The notes under the pieces were generated by a model. The model worked only from the letters and a program-made list of their open reading frames with translations, was not told where the DNA came from and ran no database searches. From NCBI GenBank assembly GCA_041576165.1, contig JBFGLM010000014.1, forward strand, positions 1 through 64,000: 64,000 bases of DNA, read 5' to 3'. Made by a program: the position numbers and the translations under genes. Shown piece after piece: positions 1 through 8,629 of the stretch. Source of the stretch: Acidimicrobiia bacterium. GTDB taxonomy: Bacteria; Actinomycetota; Acidimicrobiia; Spongiisociales; Spongiisociaceae. How positions within the stretch are numbered: the stretch's first letter is position 1; each line of letters starts with the position of its first letter.

Positions 1-119
1 GGTTGTTTCTTCGTCGGGTGTGGCGGCGAAGGTTTGTTCGGCTGCGGGTTCGTGGTCGGTGGGTGTCGGTTCGGGGGTTGTTTCTTCGTCGGGTGTGGCG
101 GCGAAGGTTTGTTCGGCTG
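1..119. repeat. 75-bp-period tandem repeat inside the acidic CDS
   Basis: ggttgtttcttcgtcgggtgtggcggcgaaggtttgttcggctg occurs at 1-44 and 76-119 (encodes AEQTFAATPDEETT on minus strand). Confidence 0.85.
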
Positions 120-1866
120 GGCCTGGTTCTTGGTCGGCCGGTGCCGTCTCGAAGGTGGGGCTGGCGAACGCCGCATCGGGCGGCTCCTCGCTCTGCCCGG
201 CTTCTGGCTCGACCGCCGGCTCGTACGACACCGTCTCGGACGGGGTGGCTTCTGTTTGAGGGTCGGTAGGCGCCGCCGCATCGGTTTCACCACTGCGGCC
301 TTGCTCGACCTGGCGTTCCCGCATTGCCGGGGTGGGTGGCAACTCCTCGAGTTCACGATAGACCGAGGGTGTCGGGTGACTGCTCAGCGGCGCGTCGAGC
401 CCGCTCCGCTGGTCATCGTGTGCCGGGTCGGACCACAGCGAGGTCGCGGCCTGAACGGCATCCTCGGCAGAAGCCTCGGTGGGCTCGGCGGCGGCTGCCT
501 CGGCCTCACCTACCTCCAGGGTTTCCGTTTCTCCGGCCGCCGGTGGGGGCGGCTCTTTCGGAGTGACGGCGGTTTCGTGGGCGGCCTCGGCGTCCGGTTG
601 AGCTTCGGCGGAGGGCTCAGGCGCAGCATCGAACGCCGGAGCGGCATGGTCGACGGCCCAGTCGGGCAGGTCATCGGGAATGTCATCCACGAGCTGTTGA
701 CTGTTCGGGTGGTGGCTGTCGGCTGTGTCCGCGCCGAGAACCACCGCGGCGCCGGCGTCGTCGCCGACAGCTTCCGCGCCGCCAGCAACCTCAGCGCCGC
801 CGGCCAGCGAGGAGAGCGCCGCATCGACGTCTGGGTCGGGCTGCTCGGCCGTGGGAGCCGAGGGAGGTTCGGCCGATTGGGGGTCATCGCCGAACAAGGA
901 GCCGGCCTGGAAAGTGGGCGACCAGCTTGGCTGAGGCGGGGTCGGGTCAGCCAGCGCTTCAGTGTCGTCTGGCTCATCGGGGTCTTGCCATGCGTCAGGC
1001 TCGAGCGACACTGCGAAATCCAGCAGCGAGGCGTTCTCGTTCTCCTCCGAGTCGGTGGGCGGATCATCGGTCTCGTCGCCGGCACCTTCCACCACCTCGA
1101 CCTCATCGCTTTCGCCGCCGCCCAGCTGGCTGATCGCAGCCAGGACGGAATGGGGGCTCACGTCTTCCTCGACATCATCATCGGCGCCGGGGTCGTCCTC
1201 GATTCCGGGTTCGGCCAGGCTCACCGCGCTGCCGGCGGCCAGTTCGTCCGAGAGGTTGGACAGCTCGTCGGCGATGGCCTCGTAATCCTCGGGACTCGAG
1301 CCTTCATCGTCCGGCTCGTCGTGGGTCGGCTCGTCGTACTGGGTGCCGTACACGCCGGCGGCAGCACCAAGTCCTGATCCGAGGCCGTCGACGCTGACGG
1401 CGCCTGGGTCGGCCGCGGTCGGTTCGGCCGCCGCCGGTGGCGGCGAGTCCGTCTGGGCTTCCTCTTCCGTGCCCGAGATCTGAACCAGGGGCTCAGGTGT
1501 CGACGGCAGGGCCATCTTGAACGGCTCACCGCCCGCCGGACCGGGGGTGGGTTCATCGGGTGTGGAGATATGGTCCAGCGCGGGCGGCACCGGGCCGGCG
1601 GCGGGAGTGGCCGGCGGGGGCGTCGGTCCGGCTTCCGGCTGCAGCGGGGGGGCCCACGCCGACTGCAGCGAGTCTTCTGCATCGGTCGTGTCTGCGACCG
1701 GGTCGACCGGCTCTTCGTCCCGGTTGCTTTCGGCCGCCGCTTCGGGTTCCGGTTCTACCTCGGCCTCGGGCTCGGAAGCCTCGGCCTGCTCAGACGCCGG
1801 CTGCGCCTCTGGCGCTGGATCGACAGGAAGACCCCAAGGGTCGGGTGCGACTGGATTATCGGACAA
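1..1866 (-). CDS. Very acidic Pro/Ala/Glu/Asp-rich low-complexity protein, 3' end outside window (>=622 aa)
   Basis: TTG at 1866 preceded by GAGGT SD; reads MSDNPVAPDPWGLPVDPAPEAQPASEQAE... to ...QTFAATPDEETT at base 1 with no stop seen; explains the antisense ORFs 34..1377 and 1570..1896. Missing from the ORF track because it has no stop in the window. Confidence 0.75.
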   Translation of the reverse strand, partial: MSDNPVAPDPWGLPVDPAPEAQPASEQAEASEPEAEVEPEPEAAAESNRDEEPVDPVADTTDAEDSLQSAWAPPLQPEAGPTPPPATPAAGPVPPALDHISTPDEPTPGPAGGEPFKMALPSTPEPLVQISGTEEEAQTDSPPPAAAEPTAADPGAVSVDGLGSGLGAAAGVYGTQYDEPTHDEPDDEGSSPEDYEAIADELSNLSDELAAGSAVSLAEPGIEDDPGADDDVEEDVSPHSVLAAISQLGGGESDEVEVVEGAGDETDDPPTDSEENENASLLDFAVSLEPDAWQDPDEPDDTEALADPTPPQPSWSPTFQAGSLFGDDPQSAEPPSAPTAEQPDPDVDAALSSLAGGAEVAGGAEAVGDDAGAAVVLGADTADSHHPNSQQLVDDIPDDLPDWAVDHAAPAFDAAPEPSAEAQPDAEAAHETAVTPKEPPPPAAGETETLEVGEAEAAAAEPTEASAEDAVQAATSLWSDPAHDDQRSGLDAPLSSHPTPSVYRELEELPPTPAMRERQVEQGRSGETDAAAPTDPQTEATPSETVSYEPAVEPEAGQSEEPPDAAFASPTFETAPADQEPGPAEQTFAATPDEETTPEPTPTDHEPAAEQTFAATPDEETT

Positions 1867-1940
1867 TGTCTACCTCGCGAAGCGGCTTTTGACTGAGCCT
1901 ACAAGAGCACGTGGATCCAGCTGTAGTACGATCGCTGACC

Positions 1941-2636
1941 GTGCGGATCACCGTCCTGACGCTGTTCCCCGAGTTCTTCGAGACTCCGCTTCATGTATCG
2001 GTCGTTCGCCGGGGTATCGAGAGGGGATTGTTGTCGGTCGAAATCGTGGGCCTGCGGGAGTACGGGACTGGGCCCCATCGCCAGCTCGACGATGCACCGT
2101 TCGGGGGCGGGGCGGGAATGGTGATGATGGTCGAACCCCTCGACCGGGCGCTGGCTCCCTACGACGACGCAGCCAAAGTGCTGCTGACACCGGCCGGCCG
2201 CCCACTCGACCAGCCCAGCCTCGACCGATGGGCGGAGCTGGATCATCTGGTACTGCTGTGCGGTCGGTATGAGGGCGTCGACGAGCGCGTCGCCGAGCAC
2301 CTGGTCGATGAGCAAGTTTCGCTGGGTGATTTCATCCTGGCTGGCGGTGAGGTGGCGGCGCTGGCAATCATCGAGGGCGTGGCCCGCCAGGTGCCGGGCG
2401 TTCTCGGTAATCCCGAATCGGCCGCCACCGAGTCGTTTGGGGATGGTTTGCTGGAGGAGCCTCACTACACCCGTCCGGCCCAGTACCGGACCTGGAAGGT
2501 ACCCGACATCTTGCTCAGCGGTGACCACGGACGGATCGCCGACTGGCGGCGCGAACAGCGCAAGCTGCGGACGCGGTCGCGGCGGCCCGATCTGTGGCGA
2601 AGATACCTGGACGCTGCCGGGGATGATTCGCCCTAG
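1941..2636 (+). CDS. trmD: tRNA (guanine-N1)-methyltransferase
   Basis: RITVLTLFPE, DDAPFGGGAGMVM, LLCGRYEGVDER, SLGDFILAGGE, LLEEPHYTRP motifs; GTG start 8 nt after TACGAT. Confidence 0.97.
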   Translation: MRITVLTLFPEFFETPLHVSVVRRGIERGLLSVEIVGLREYGTGPHRQLDDAPFGGGAGMVMMVEPLDRALAPYDDAAKVLLTPAGRPLDQPSLDRWAELDHLVLLCGRYEGVDERVAEHLVDEQVSLGDFILAGGEVAALAIIEGVARQVPGVLGNPESAATESFGDGLLEEPHYTRPAQYRTWKVPDILLSGDHGRIADWRREQRKLRTRSRRPDLWRRYLDAAGDDSP

Positions 2637-2650
2637 GAGCAGGCCGCCAT

Positions 2651-2717
2651 TACACTTCTTCCGGCGCGCCGGGCGGCATCCGACTCCGGCGCGTGTGTTC
2701 CTGTTCAGGAGTTCACC
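2651..2717 (+). promoter_or_regulatory. rplS promoter (-10 TACACT) and structured leader
   Basis: TACACT at 2651-2656, hairpin gcgccgg...ccggcgc, SD AGGAG before ATG. Confidence 0.45.
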
Positions 2718-3059
2718 ATGAACAAGCTCGATCAGATCGAGGGCGCGTTCCTGCGCGATGACATCCCAGATTTCAAAGCCGGTGACACCGTGAAGGTGCA
2801 TGTGCGCGTGGTGGAAGGCGGTCGCGAGCGGGTACAGGTGTTTGAAGGTGTTGTGATCGCCCGAAACGGCGGTGGGCTTCGTGCCACGTTCACGGTACGC
2901 AAGATGAGTTTCGGAGTCGGCGTCGAGCGGGTATTTCCGGTGCACGCTCCGATCATCCAGAAGATCGAGGTCGTACGGCGTGGGGACGTGCGGCGAGCCA
3001 AGCTCTACTACCTTCGGGACCGGGTCGGGAAATCGGCGCGCATTAAAGAGTTGCGCTGA
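2718..3059 (+). CDS. rplS: 50S ribosomal protein L19
   Basis: [29 protein letters not shown]...GVGVERVFP...RRAKLYYLR. Confidence 0.99.
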   Translation: MNKLDQIEGAFLRDDIPDFKAGDTVKVHVRVVEGGRERVQVFEGVVIARNGGGLRATFTVRKMSFGVGVERVFPVHAPIIQKIEVVRRGDVRRAKLYYLRDRVGKSARIKELR

Positions 3060-3225
3060 CGCCGGCCGATACTTGGCACGGTGCGCAGTCAGCGTGAGCT
3101 TGTGACACCGACCGCGGCCCATTGTCTGGCGGTCTCTACGCGCGACGTGGCCGGCCGCTCCGTCGAAATGAGGGGGTAGTCGCAGTGGCCCTCGTAACCA
3201 AACAAGACAGGTAGGGTCGCATATC

Positions 3226-3885
3226 GTGACCGACGTTCCCGCTCGCCCGGATCCATTCGAATCCGACGCCGACTCCGGAGCCGGCTCCCAGCGAGAGCGG
3301 GTGCTGGGATTCCTGTGGGAGCTGCCAATCCTCATTCTGGTGGCGCTGGTGGTGGCAGTGGTCATAAAGACCTTCTTGTTCCAGGCGTTCTTCATCCCAT
3401 CGGGATCGATGATCCCCACCCTCGAGATCAGCGACCGCGTGCTGGTCAACAAACTCTCCTACGCGTTCGGCGGCGAACCACAACGGGGCGATGTGGTGGT
3501 GTTCGACTCGCCCTTCCTCGATGACGAGATCCAGGAATCCTTGGTCCAGAAGGTCACACGCAACGTGGCAGAGGCGTTGGGCCTTCAGACCGCCACCGCA
3601 GAAGACCTCATCAAGCGGGTCGTCGCAGTAGGCGGGGAGACAGTTGAGATTGCCGACAACACGGTCCTGGTCAATGGTCTCGCCATACACGAGCCGTATC
3701 TCCCGCCGGGCACTGTCATGCCCGATTTCGGCCCCGAAGTCGTGCCGGAGGGCCACGTCTTCGTCATGGGTGACAACCGGTCTCGCAGCCAGGACAGCCG
3801 CCGGTTCGGGACCATCGAGGCCGACCACGTAATCGGTCGAGCCTTCGTCCGGGTGTGGCCGATCAGCCGCTGGGGCGGGCTCTGA
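3226..3885 (+). CDS. lepB: Signal peptidase I
   Basis: N-terminal TM, IPSGSMIPTL (catalytic Ser), LIKRVVAVGGE (catalytic Lys), MGDNRSRSQDSR. Confidence 0.96.
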   Translation: MTDVPARPDPFESDADSGAGSQRERVLGFLWELPILILVALVVAVVIKTFLFQAFFIPSGSMIPTLEISDRVLVNKLSYAFGGEPQRGDVVVFDSPFLDDEIQESLVQKVTRNVAEALGLQTATAEDLIKRVVAVGGETVEIADNTVLVNGLAIHEPYLPPGTVMPDFGPEVVPEGHVFVMGDNRSRSQDSRRFGTIEADHVIGRAFVRVWPISRWGGL

Positions 3886-3998
3886 CCCGGGCCGGGGACG
3901 TGCCGGCCGGCGTGGGACCCGTTTCCCGCCACCGGCACCACACTCTCGGAATCAGCAGTCCGGATCGCTACTATTCGCGCAACCGGTGAGGAGCGGGG

Positions 3999-4295
3999 AT
4001 GAGCGAAGAGAACCTCGAACGCTACGAGACCGAGGTCGAGCTCCAGATCTACAAGGAGTACCGAGATGTGCTCCCGATGTTCCGCTTCGTCGTTGAGACC
4101 GAACGGCGGTTCTACCTGGCGAACAAGGTCGAGCTGCAAACCCGCGGTGACGGTGCTGCCCCGTACTTCGAGGTCGTTTTGGAGGACGCCTGGGTGTGGG
4201 ACATGTACCGTCCGGCCCGGTTCCTGCAAAACGTGCGCGTGCTGACCTTCCGCGACGTGAACATCGAAGAGCTCGAACCCTCGCTCCAGATCTGA
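3999..4295 (+). CDS. DUF2469 family protein
   Basis: MSEENLERYETEVELQIYKEYRDV...VETERRFYLAN...DAWVWDMYRPARF, typical actinobacterial family in this position. Confidence 0.92.
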   Translation: MSEENLERYETEVELQIYKEYRDVLPMFRFVVETERRFYLANKVELQTRGDGAAPYFEVVLEDAWVWDMYRPARFLQNVRVLTFRDVNIEELEPSLQI

Positions 4296-4302
4296 CCTGC
4301 CG

Positions 4303-4647
4303 GTGCCCGGCTGGCACAGCTACCGCCACCGAGTCGGTCGATACGGCGAAGACGTTGCCGCCGGTTTCCTCGCCCGCCGTGGCGCCCGCGTGGTGAAGCG
4401 CAACGTCACTGTGGGCCGGGGGGAGATAGATCTGGTTGTGGAACTTGGCGGGGTTCGCACCGCCGTGGAAGTCAAGACGGTCGTGGGTGAAGCGGCCGAC
4501 CCAACTCAAGCGTTCACGGCTGCCAAAGCCGCTCAGGTTCGCAGGTTGGCGGGCGCGCTCGAGCCCGCGGCCCACCGGGTGGACCTGATAACGGTCCGGC
4601 TGGGACCGTCGGGGGTGACCGTGCGCTGGACCCCCTACGCGGGCTGA
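4303..4647 (+). CDS. yraN: YraN (UPF0102) family endonuclease-fold protein
   Basis: GRYGEDVAAGFL...RN...GEIDLV...VEVKT; synteny with DUF2469 and comM. Confidence 0.88.
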   Translation: MPGWHSYRHRVGRYGEDVAAGFLARRGARVVKRNVTVGRGEIDLVVELGGVRTAVEVKTVVGEAADPTQAFTAAKAAQVRRLAGALEPAAHRVDLITVRLGPSGVTVRWTPYAG

Positions 4648-4844
4648 TCGGCCCCGCCGCGACGCAGTTCTTTGTGCCAGCAACCCCGGTGCCAGTGACG
4701 CCGCAGATCGGGTTCCCCGGCAGGCACGACGACTAGGTGGAAGGTTCGGGCCGGAATGACCCCCTCACAGCCCGGACAGCGGTAGGACTTGGCCGCGTCA
4801 GCCGGCTGGACGGCAACAACGGTCAGTTCCCGCTGATCGCCCAT
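4635..4844 (-). CDS. Small conserved actinobacterial Cys/His protein, possible zinc ribbon (69 aa)
   Basis: KSYRCPGCEGVI...HLVVVP...RRHWHRGCW; true start likely ATG 4844 rather than ORF-track 5294. Confidence 0.75.
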   Translation of the reverse strand: MGDQRELTVVAVQPADAAKSYRCPGCEGVIPARTFHLVVVPAGEPDLRRHWHRGCWHKELRRGGADQPA

Positions 4845-4936
4845 ATCAAGCCCGCAATCGTCACAGCGATCGCCCCGATCACCATGGCGATGTCTACCAG
4901 CGAACGCTGCTGCTTTCGGAATGGATTGAAGCCCAT
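4823..4936 (-). CDS. 37-aa single-pass membrane microprotein
   Basis: MGFNPFRKQQRSLVDIAMVIGAIAVTIAGLIWAISGN; TACCAT -10 lies 6 nt before ATG (leaderless); overlaps start of next gene. Confidence 0.6.
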   Translation of the reverse strand: MGFNPFRKQQRSLVDIAMVIGAIAVTIAGLIWAISGN

Positions 4937-5066
4937 GAGGAGATGGTATCGGGTTGAGCGGCGGCGCCGGCCGCGCTCGCCGCCCCGGATTCGAATGGTC
5001 CGAGGTCGCGAAAACCGGCAGGCGCACAAGTAAACCTCCGGGTGGGCTGGTACGAGTCATCAGTAC

Positions 5067-5165
5067 ATGGGGAACCCAGCCCAAGATCGGTTGCGGTTGC
5101 ACGCATAGCAACGATGTTCTTCCTCTCGTCCTCCATCGTCGCAGCGACCGCAACCGATCTCCCCA
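5067..5165 (+). ncRNA. Candidate ~100-nt hairpin small RNA
   Basis: 17-bp stem 5084-5100/5144-5160 (one G-U), inner stem 5108-5116/5134-5142, pyrimidine loop, 5' TGGGGA pairs with 3' TCCCCA; ECF-like promoter directly upstream. Confidence 0.45.
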
Positions 5166-5262
5166 CTTCCGGCTAGGCATTCTCCGTTCAGTCGCACCCA
5201 GACCGGCCACGCCGCCGTTCTGTCTGATACCGTCCCGGGGCAGGCCGATGGGAGGAACGACG

Positions 5263-5718
5263 GTGCCATCACTTCGGGAGCGGATTCGTCTCACCGACGC
5301 CGAGTTGGCGCTCCTCTATGACGAGGTGCAGACCTTCACGCTGGGGACGATAGGGCACGACGGCGTCCCCCACCTGACGGCGATGTGGTTCGTTGTCGTG
5401 GACGGCACCATCACATTCTGGACGTATCGCAAGGCCCAGAAGACGGTGAATCTCAGGCGTGATCCCCGCCTCTCCTGCCTCTTCGACGCCGGCGACACGT
5501 ACAACGAGTTGCGCGGGGCGATGGTGCAGGGCCGGGCTGAGCTCACCGACGACTACGACGATGTGCTGCACATCGGGGCGGCCGTCGGCCGCCGCTACAA
5601 CCCGACGATGACCCATGCCGAATCCGAGGAGTGGGCAGCCCGCCAGGCCGCCAAGCGCACCGGCGTCCGGGTCGCAGTCGAGAACGTCGCGTCATGGGAC
5701 CATCGCAAGCTGGGCTGA
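5263..5718 (+). CDS. Pyridoxamine 5'-phosphate oxidase-like (PPOX class, probably F420-dependent) oxidoreductase
   Basis: LGTIGHDGVPHLTAMWF, QKTVNLRRDPR, YNELRG, SWDHRKLG; GGAGG SD before GTG 5263. Confidence 0.88.
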   Translation: MPSLRERIRLTDAELALLYDEVQTFTLGTIGHDGVPHLTAMWFVVVDGTITFWTYRKAQKTVNLRRDPRLSCLFDAGDTYNELRGAMVQGRAELTDDYDDVLHIGAAVGRRYNPTMTHAESEEWAARQAAKRTGVRVAVENVASWDHRKLG

Positions 5719-5762
5719 TCTTGATCCGGGCCGCATCCCACCACTGATAGCGAGGAGGCCGT

Positions 5763-6530
5763 GTGCTGAAGACCGAGGACCGTGGACCGGTCCGGTGGCT
5801 GACCATCGATCGCCCCGAGCGCATGAACGCCGTGCCGCCGTCCGGTTGGGATGCCTTGCGTGACGCGTTCGATCATTTCGCCGCCGATGATCAACGGGTG
5901 CTGGTCGTGACCGGTGCCGGCGGAAACTTCTGCGCCGGAGCCGATCTGGCGGAGGACAGAGGCAACCCGTCGGTGATCGACCGCTATGCAGGCATGAAGT
6001 CGGTGGCCCGTTCGGCCACGGCGCTCCACCGGATCCCCAAGCCCACTATTGCCGCGGTCGACGGGGTGGCGGTCGGGGCGGGCATGAACCTGGCGTTGTT
6101 GTGCGACATCGTGCTGGCCACCGACCGAGCGCGCTTCTCCGAGATCTTCGCCCGGCGCGGCCTGACCCTGGACTACGGCGGCTCCTGGATCCTTCCGCGG
6201 CTGGTCGGGATGCAACGCGCCAAGGAACTGGCGCTGAGCGGACGGATGGTCGACGCCGCCGAGGCTGTCGCTATCGGCCTGGCGCTGGAATCGGTTCCGG
6301 TCGATCACCTGCCCGCGCGTGCTACCGAGCTGGCCGAAATGCTGGCCGAACAGTCGCCGATCGGGCAGATGTTCAGCAAACAGAACCTCAATGCCTCTCT
6401 TGCGTTGAGCCTGCCCGAATCGCTCCAGCTCGAGGGCCAAGCCCAGACGGTGTGCTTGGCGTCGGAGGACGCTCGGGAAGGCTTCGCCGCGTTTCTCGAA
6501 AAGCGTGCTCCCCGGTTCGAGGGCCGTTGA
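5763..6530 (+). CDS. Enoyl-CoA hydratase/isomerase family protein
   Basis: LTIDRPERMNA, FCAGADL, KPTIAAVDGVAVGAGMNLALLCD, EGFAAFLEKRAPRF. Confidence 0.93.
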   Translation: MLKTEDRGPVRWLTIDRPERMNAVPPSGWDALRDAFDHFAADDQRVLVVTGAGGNFCAGADLAEDRGNPSVIDRYAGMKSVARSATALHRIPKPTIAAVDGVAVGAGMNLALLCDIVLATDRARFSEIFARRGLTLDYGGSWILPRLVGMQRAKELALSGRMVDAAEAVAIGLALESVPVDHLPARATELAEMLAEQSPIGQMFSKQNLNASLALSLPESLQLEGQAQTVCLASEDAREGFAAFLEKRAPRFEGR

Positions 6531-6531
6531 G

Positions 6532-7311
6532 GTGCAGCTCGCCGGCAAAGTAGTCGCCGTGACCGGTGGCAGCAGCGGCATCGGACGCGCTATGGCGCGT
6601 CGCTTCGCGCAAGCGGGAGCCCGGGTCGCGATCGCCGACATCGACGCAGGCGGAGCGGCCGCGGTGGCGGCCGAGATCGAGGGGCTGTCGATGGCGGTCG
6701 ACGTGGCAGTAGAAACGGACATCCAGGCGTTTGTCGACGCGACCAGCCGCAAGCTGGGTCCGATCGACCTCTTCTGCTCGAACGCCGGCATTGCCGTCGA
6801 AGGCGACCCCTGGACTGCCGACGAGGACTGGGACCGAATTTGGGCGGTCAACGTCAAGTCGCACATCTACGGTGCGCGCCACGTCCTTCCGCAGATGCTG
6901 GAACGTGGATCCGGCTACCTGTTGCAGACCGCGTCTGCCGCCGGCCTCGCCACCCAACTCGGATCGGCGCTCTACGCCGTGACCAAACACGCGGTCGTGG
7001 CGCTCGCCGAGTGGCTGGCCATCACCTACGGTGAACGCGGCATCCAGGTTTCGGTGCTGGCGCCTCAGGCGGTCCGCACCAAGATGACCGAGGGCATCGA
7101 GCACTCGGGCCTGGCTGTCGCGGCCGTGGACGGCATGCTGGAACCCGAGGATGTCGCCGAAGCGGTTGTGGAGGGTCTCGCACAGGAACGCTTCCTGGTG
7201 TTGCCCCACCCCGAGGTGCTCACCTATTTCCAGCGCAAGGCCACCGACTACGACCGCTGGATCGCCGGCATGCAGCGCCTGCAGCGCCGGCTCGAAGGGA
7301 GAATGCCCTAG
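6532..7311 (+). CDS. Short-chain dehydrogenase/reductase
   Basis: TGGSSGIG, SNAG, YAVTKHA (YxxxK). Confidence 0.93.
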   Translation: MQLAGKVVAVTGGSSGIGRAMARRFAQAGARVAIADIDAGGAAAVAAEIEGLSMAVDVAVETDIQAFVDATSRKLGPIDLFCSNAGIAVEGDPWTADEDWDRIWAVNVKSHIYGARHVLPQMLERGSGYLLQTASAAGLATQLGSALYAVTKHAVVALAEWLAITYGERGIQVSVLAPQAVRTKMTEGIEHSGLAVAAVDGMLEPEDVAEAVVEGLAQERFLVLPHPEVLTYFQRKATDYDRWIAGMQRLQRRLEGRMP

Positions 7312-7316
7312 ACGGA

Positions 7317-7336
7317 ATATGTGCCTTTGCACATAT
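7317..7336. promoter_or_regulatory. Operator-like palindrome upstream of MBL hydrolase
   Basis: ATATGTGC-CTTT-GCACATAT, perfect 8-bp inverted repeat, AT-rich in GC-rich context. Confidence 0.5.
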
Positions 7337-7362
7337 GTTGTCCCGTCCAACAAGGAGGTCGC

Positions 7363-8205
7363 ATGCACCGCGAGAGCTTCTGGGTGGGCGGCATGGAGTG
7401 TCGGGTGGTGATGCACGGAGCCGGCCGGGGCTCGCCGGACTGGCTATTTCCCGACGTGGCGCCGGCCGAGCTGCGCAACGCAATGGCGCCGTTCGTGGAC
7501 GCCGACGGCCAGTTCGGTTTCACCTATTCCAGCCTGGCGGTGCGGACCGGCGGCCGGGTGGTGCTCCTGGATACCGGATTCACCGAGGAGGGCGCCGGCG
7601 GGGTGGCGCGGCTGGACGAGGCGCTGCGATCGATGGGTGTGGCCGCCGACGACGTCGACGCGGTGGTGATTTCGCACGGCCATCTGGATCACATCGGTGG
7701 CCTCACCGTGGACCGAGGCGGTATCCGCCTCCCCGCCTTCGGCGCCGCCCGCCACTTCGTGCACCAGCACGAGTTCGACCACTGGACCGGCCGCCCACCA
7801 CCCGACGACGGTGCGGCGGCCGCCCAGCTCCGACCGCTGGCCGAGGCGGACAGGCTGGAGCTGATAACAGGGGAGATCGAGATCGCACCCGGGGTGCGAC
7901 TGCTGCCGACGCCAGGACACACTCCCGGCCATCTCTCAGTCGCTCTCACGTCGAACGGGCACGGCGCGCTGTACGTAGGTGATGCGCTCGCGCATGAGGT
8001 CAATGTGGCCAATTCCGATTGGAACCATTTCTCCGACCTTTTGCCCGGTCCGGCCATCCGTAGCCGCCGCTCGCTCGTCGCGCGGGCGGCGCGGGCCGGC
8101 CACCTGATCATCGGTTCGCACATGATGACGCGGGGTCGGGCGCACACCGACGGTGGTCTTTACACCTTCATTCCAGAACCGAGCCCGGTCCGGGCCGATG
8201 GCTGA
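7363..8205 (+). CDS. Metallo-beta-lactamase-fold hydrolase (YtnP/AHL-lactonase-like)
   Basis: LLDTG, SHGHLDHIGG (HxHxDH), TPGHTPGH; AGGAGG SD. Confidence 0.88.
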   Translation: MHRESFWVGGMECRVVMHGAGRGSPDWLFPDVAPAELRNAMAPFVDADGQFGFTYSSLAVRTGGRVVLLDTGFTEEGAGGVARLDEALRSMGVAADDVDAVVISHGHLDHIGGLTVDRGGIRLPAFGAARHFVHQHEFDHWTGRPPPDDGAAAAQLRPLAEADRLELITGEIEIAPGVRLLPTPGHTPGHLSVALTSNGHGALYVGDALAHEVNVANSDWNHFSDLLPGPAIRSRRSLVARAARAGHLIIGSHMMTRGRAHTDGGLYTFIPEPSPVRADG

Positions 8206-8617
8206 CCTCCCGCCGGGCATCACGCAAAGTTCCCGCTATCCGGTCACGGCGGGGATGTCGCCACCGCACTTGGCGCCGGCCCAGGTGTTGGGAACGTCGA
8301 CGCTGGTCGAGCTGATGGAGCGGACCGCGCTCGAGTCGATTGCGCCTCACCTGGCTCCAGGTGAGACGAGTGTGGGGGCCCGCATCGACGTCCGCCATCT
8401 GCGCCCGGCGTTCCCGGGCGAGGTGCTGGTGGTGGATTCCCGTCTGGTCGAGGTTGGGCGGCGGCTCTGTTTCGAGGTGACCGTGTCGGTGGGGGACCGG
8501 GTGGTAGGGACCGCGTGGCATGAACGGGTGGTGGTGGAGCGGTCCCGGTTCGGAGGCGAGGGGCCGATTCGTTCTCCCGGCCCGGCGCTGCAAGCCACTC
8601 CGGCGAGCGGGCGTTAG
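8198..8617 (+). CDS. Hotdog-fold thioesterase (FlK-like)
   Basis: VLGTSTLVELME...GETSVGARIDVRHLRP...AWHER. Confidence 0.82.
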   Translation: MADLPPGITQSSRYPVTAGMSPPHLAPAQVLGTSTLVELMERTALESIAPHLAPGETSVGARIDVRHLRPAFPGEVLVVDSRLVEVGRRLCFEVTVSVGDRVVGTAWHERVVVERSRFGGEGPIRSPGPALQATPASGR

Positions 8618-8629
8618 CCTGATCGTGTG

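Noticed and set aside
34-1377. 447-aa plus-strand ORF, and other long shadow ORFs such as 27228..29837, 1899..3452 and 62538..63794
   Set aside because: Antisense shadows of real genes in high-GC DNA; the opposite strand carries the coherent proteins.
3044-3072. TAAA-N17-GCCGATAC, and GCCGATAA at ~21390 and ~36557, as sigma-28 promoters
   Set aside because: Spacing is wrong or -35 is absent; the latter two overlap ordinary TANNNT -10 hexamers.
5054-5070. CTGATGA on the minus strand, resembling a hammerhead ribozyme core
   Set aside because: No stem II followed by GAAA at the required position.
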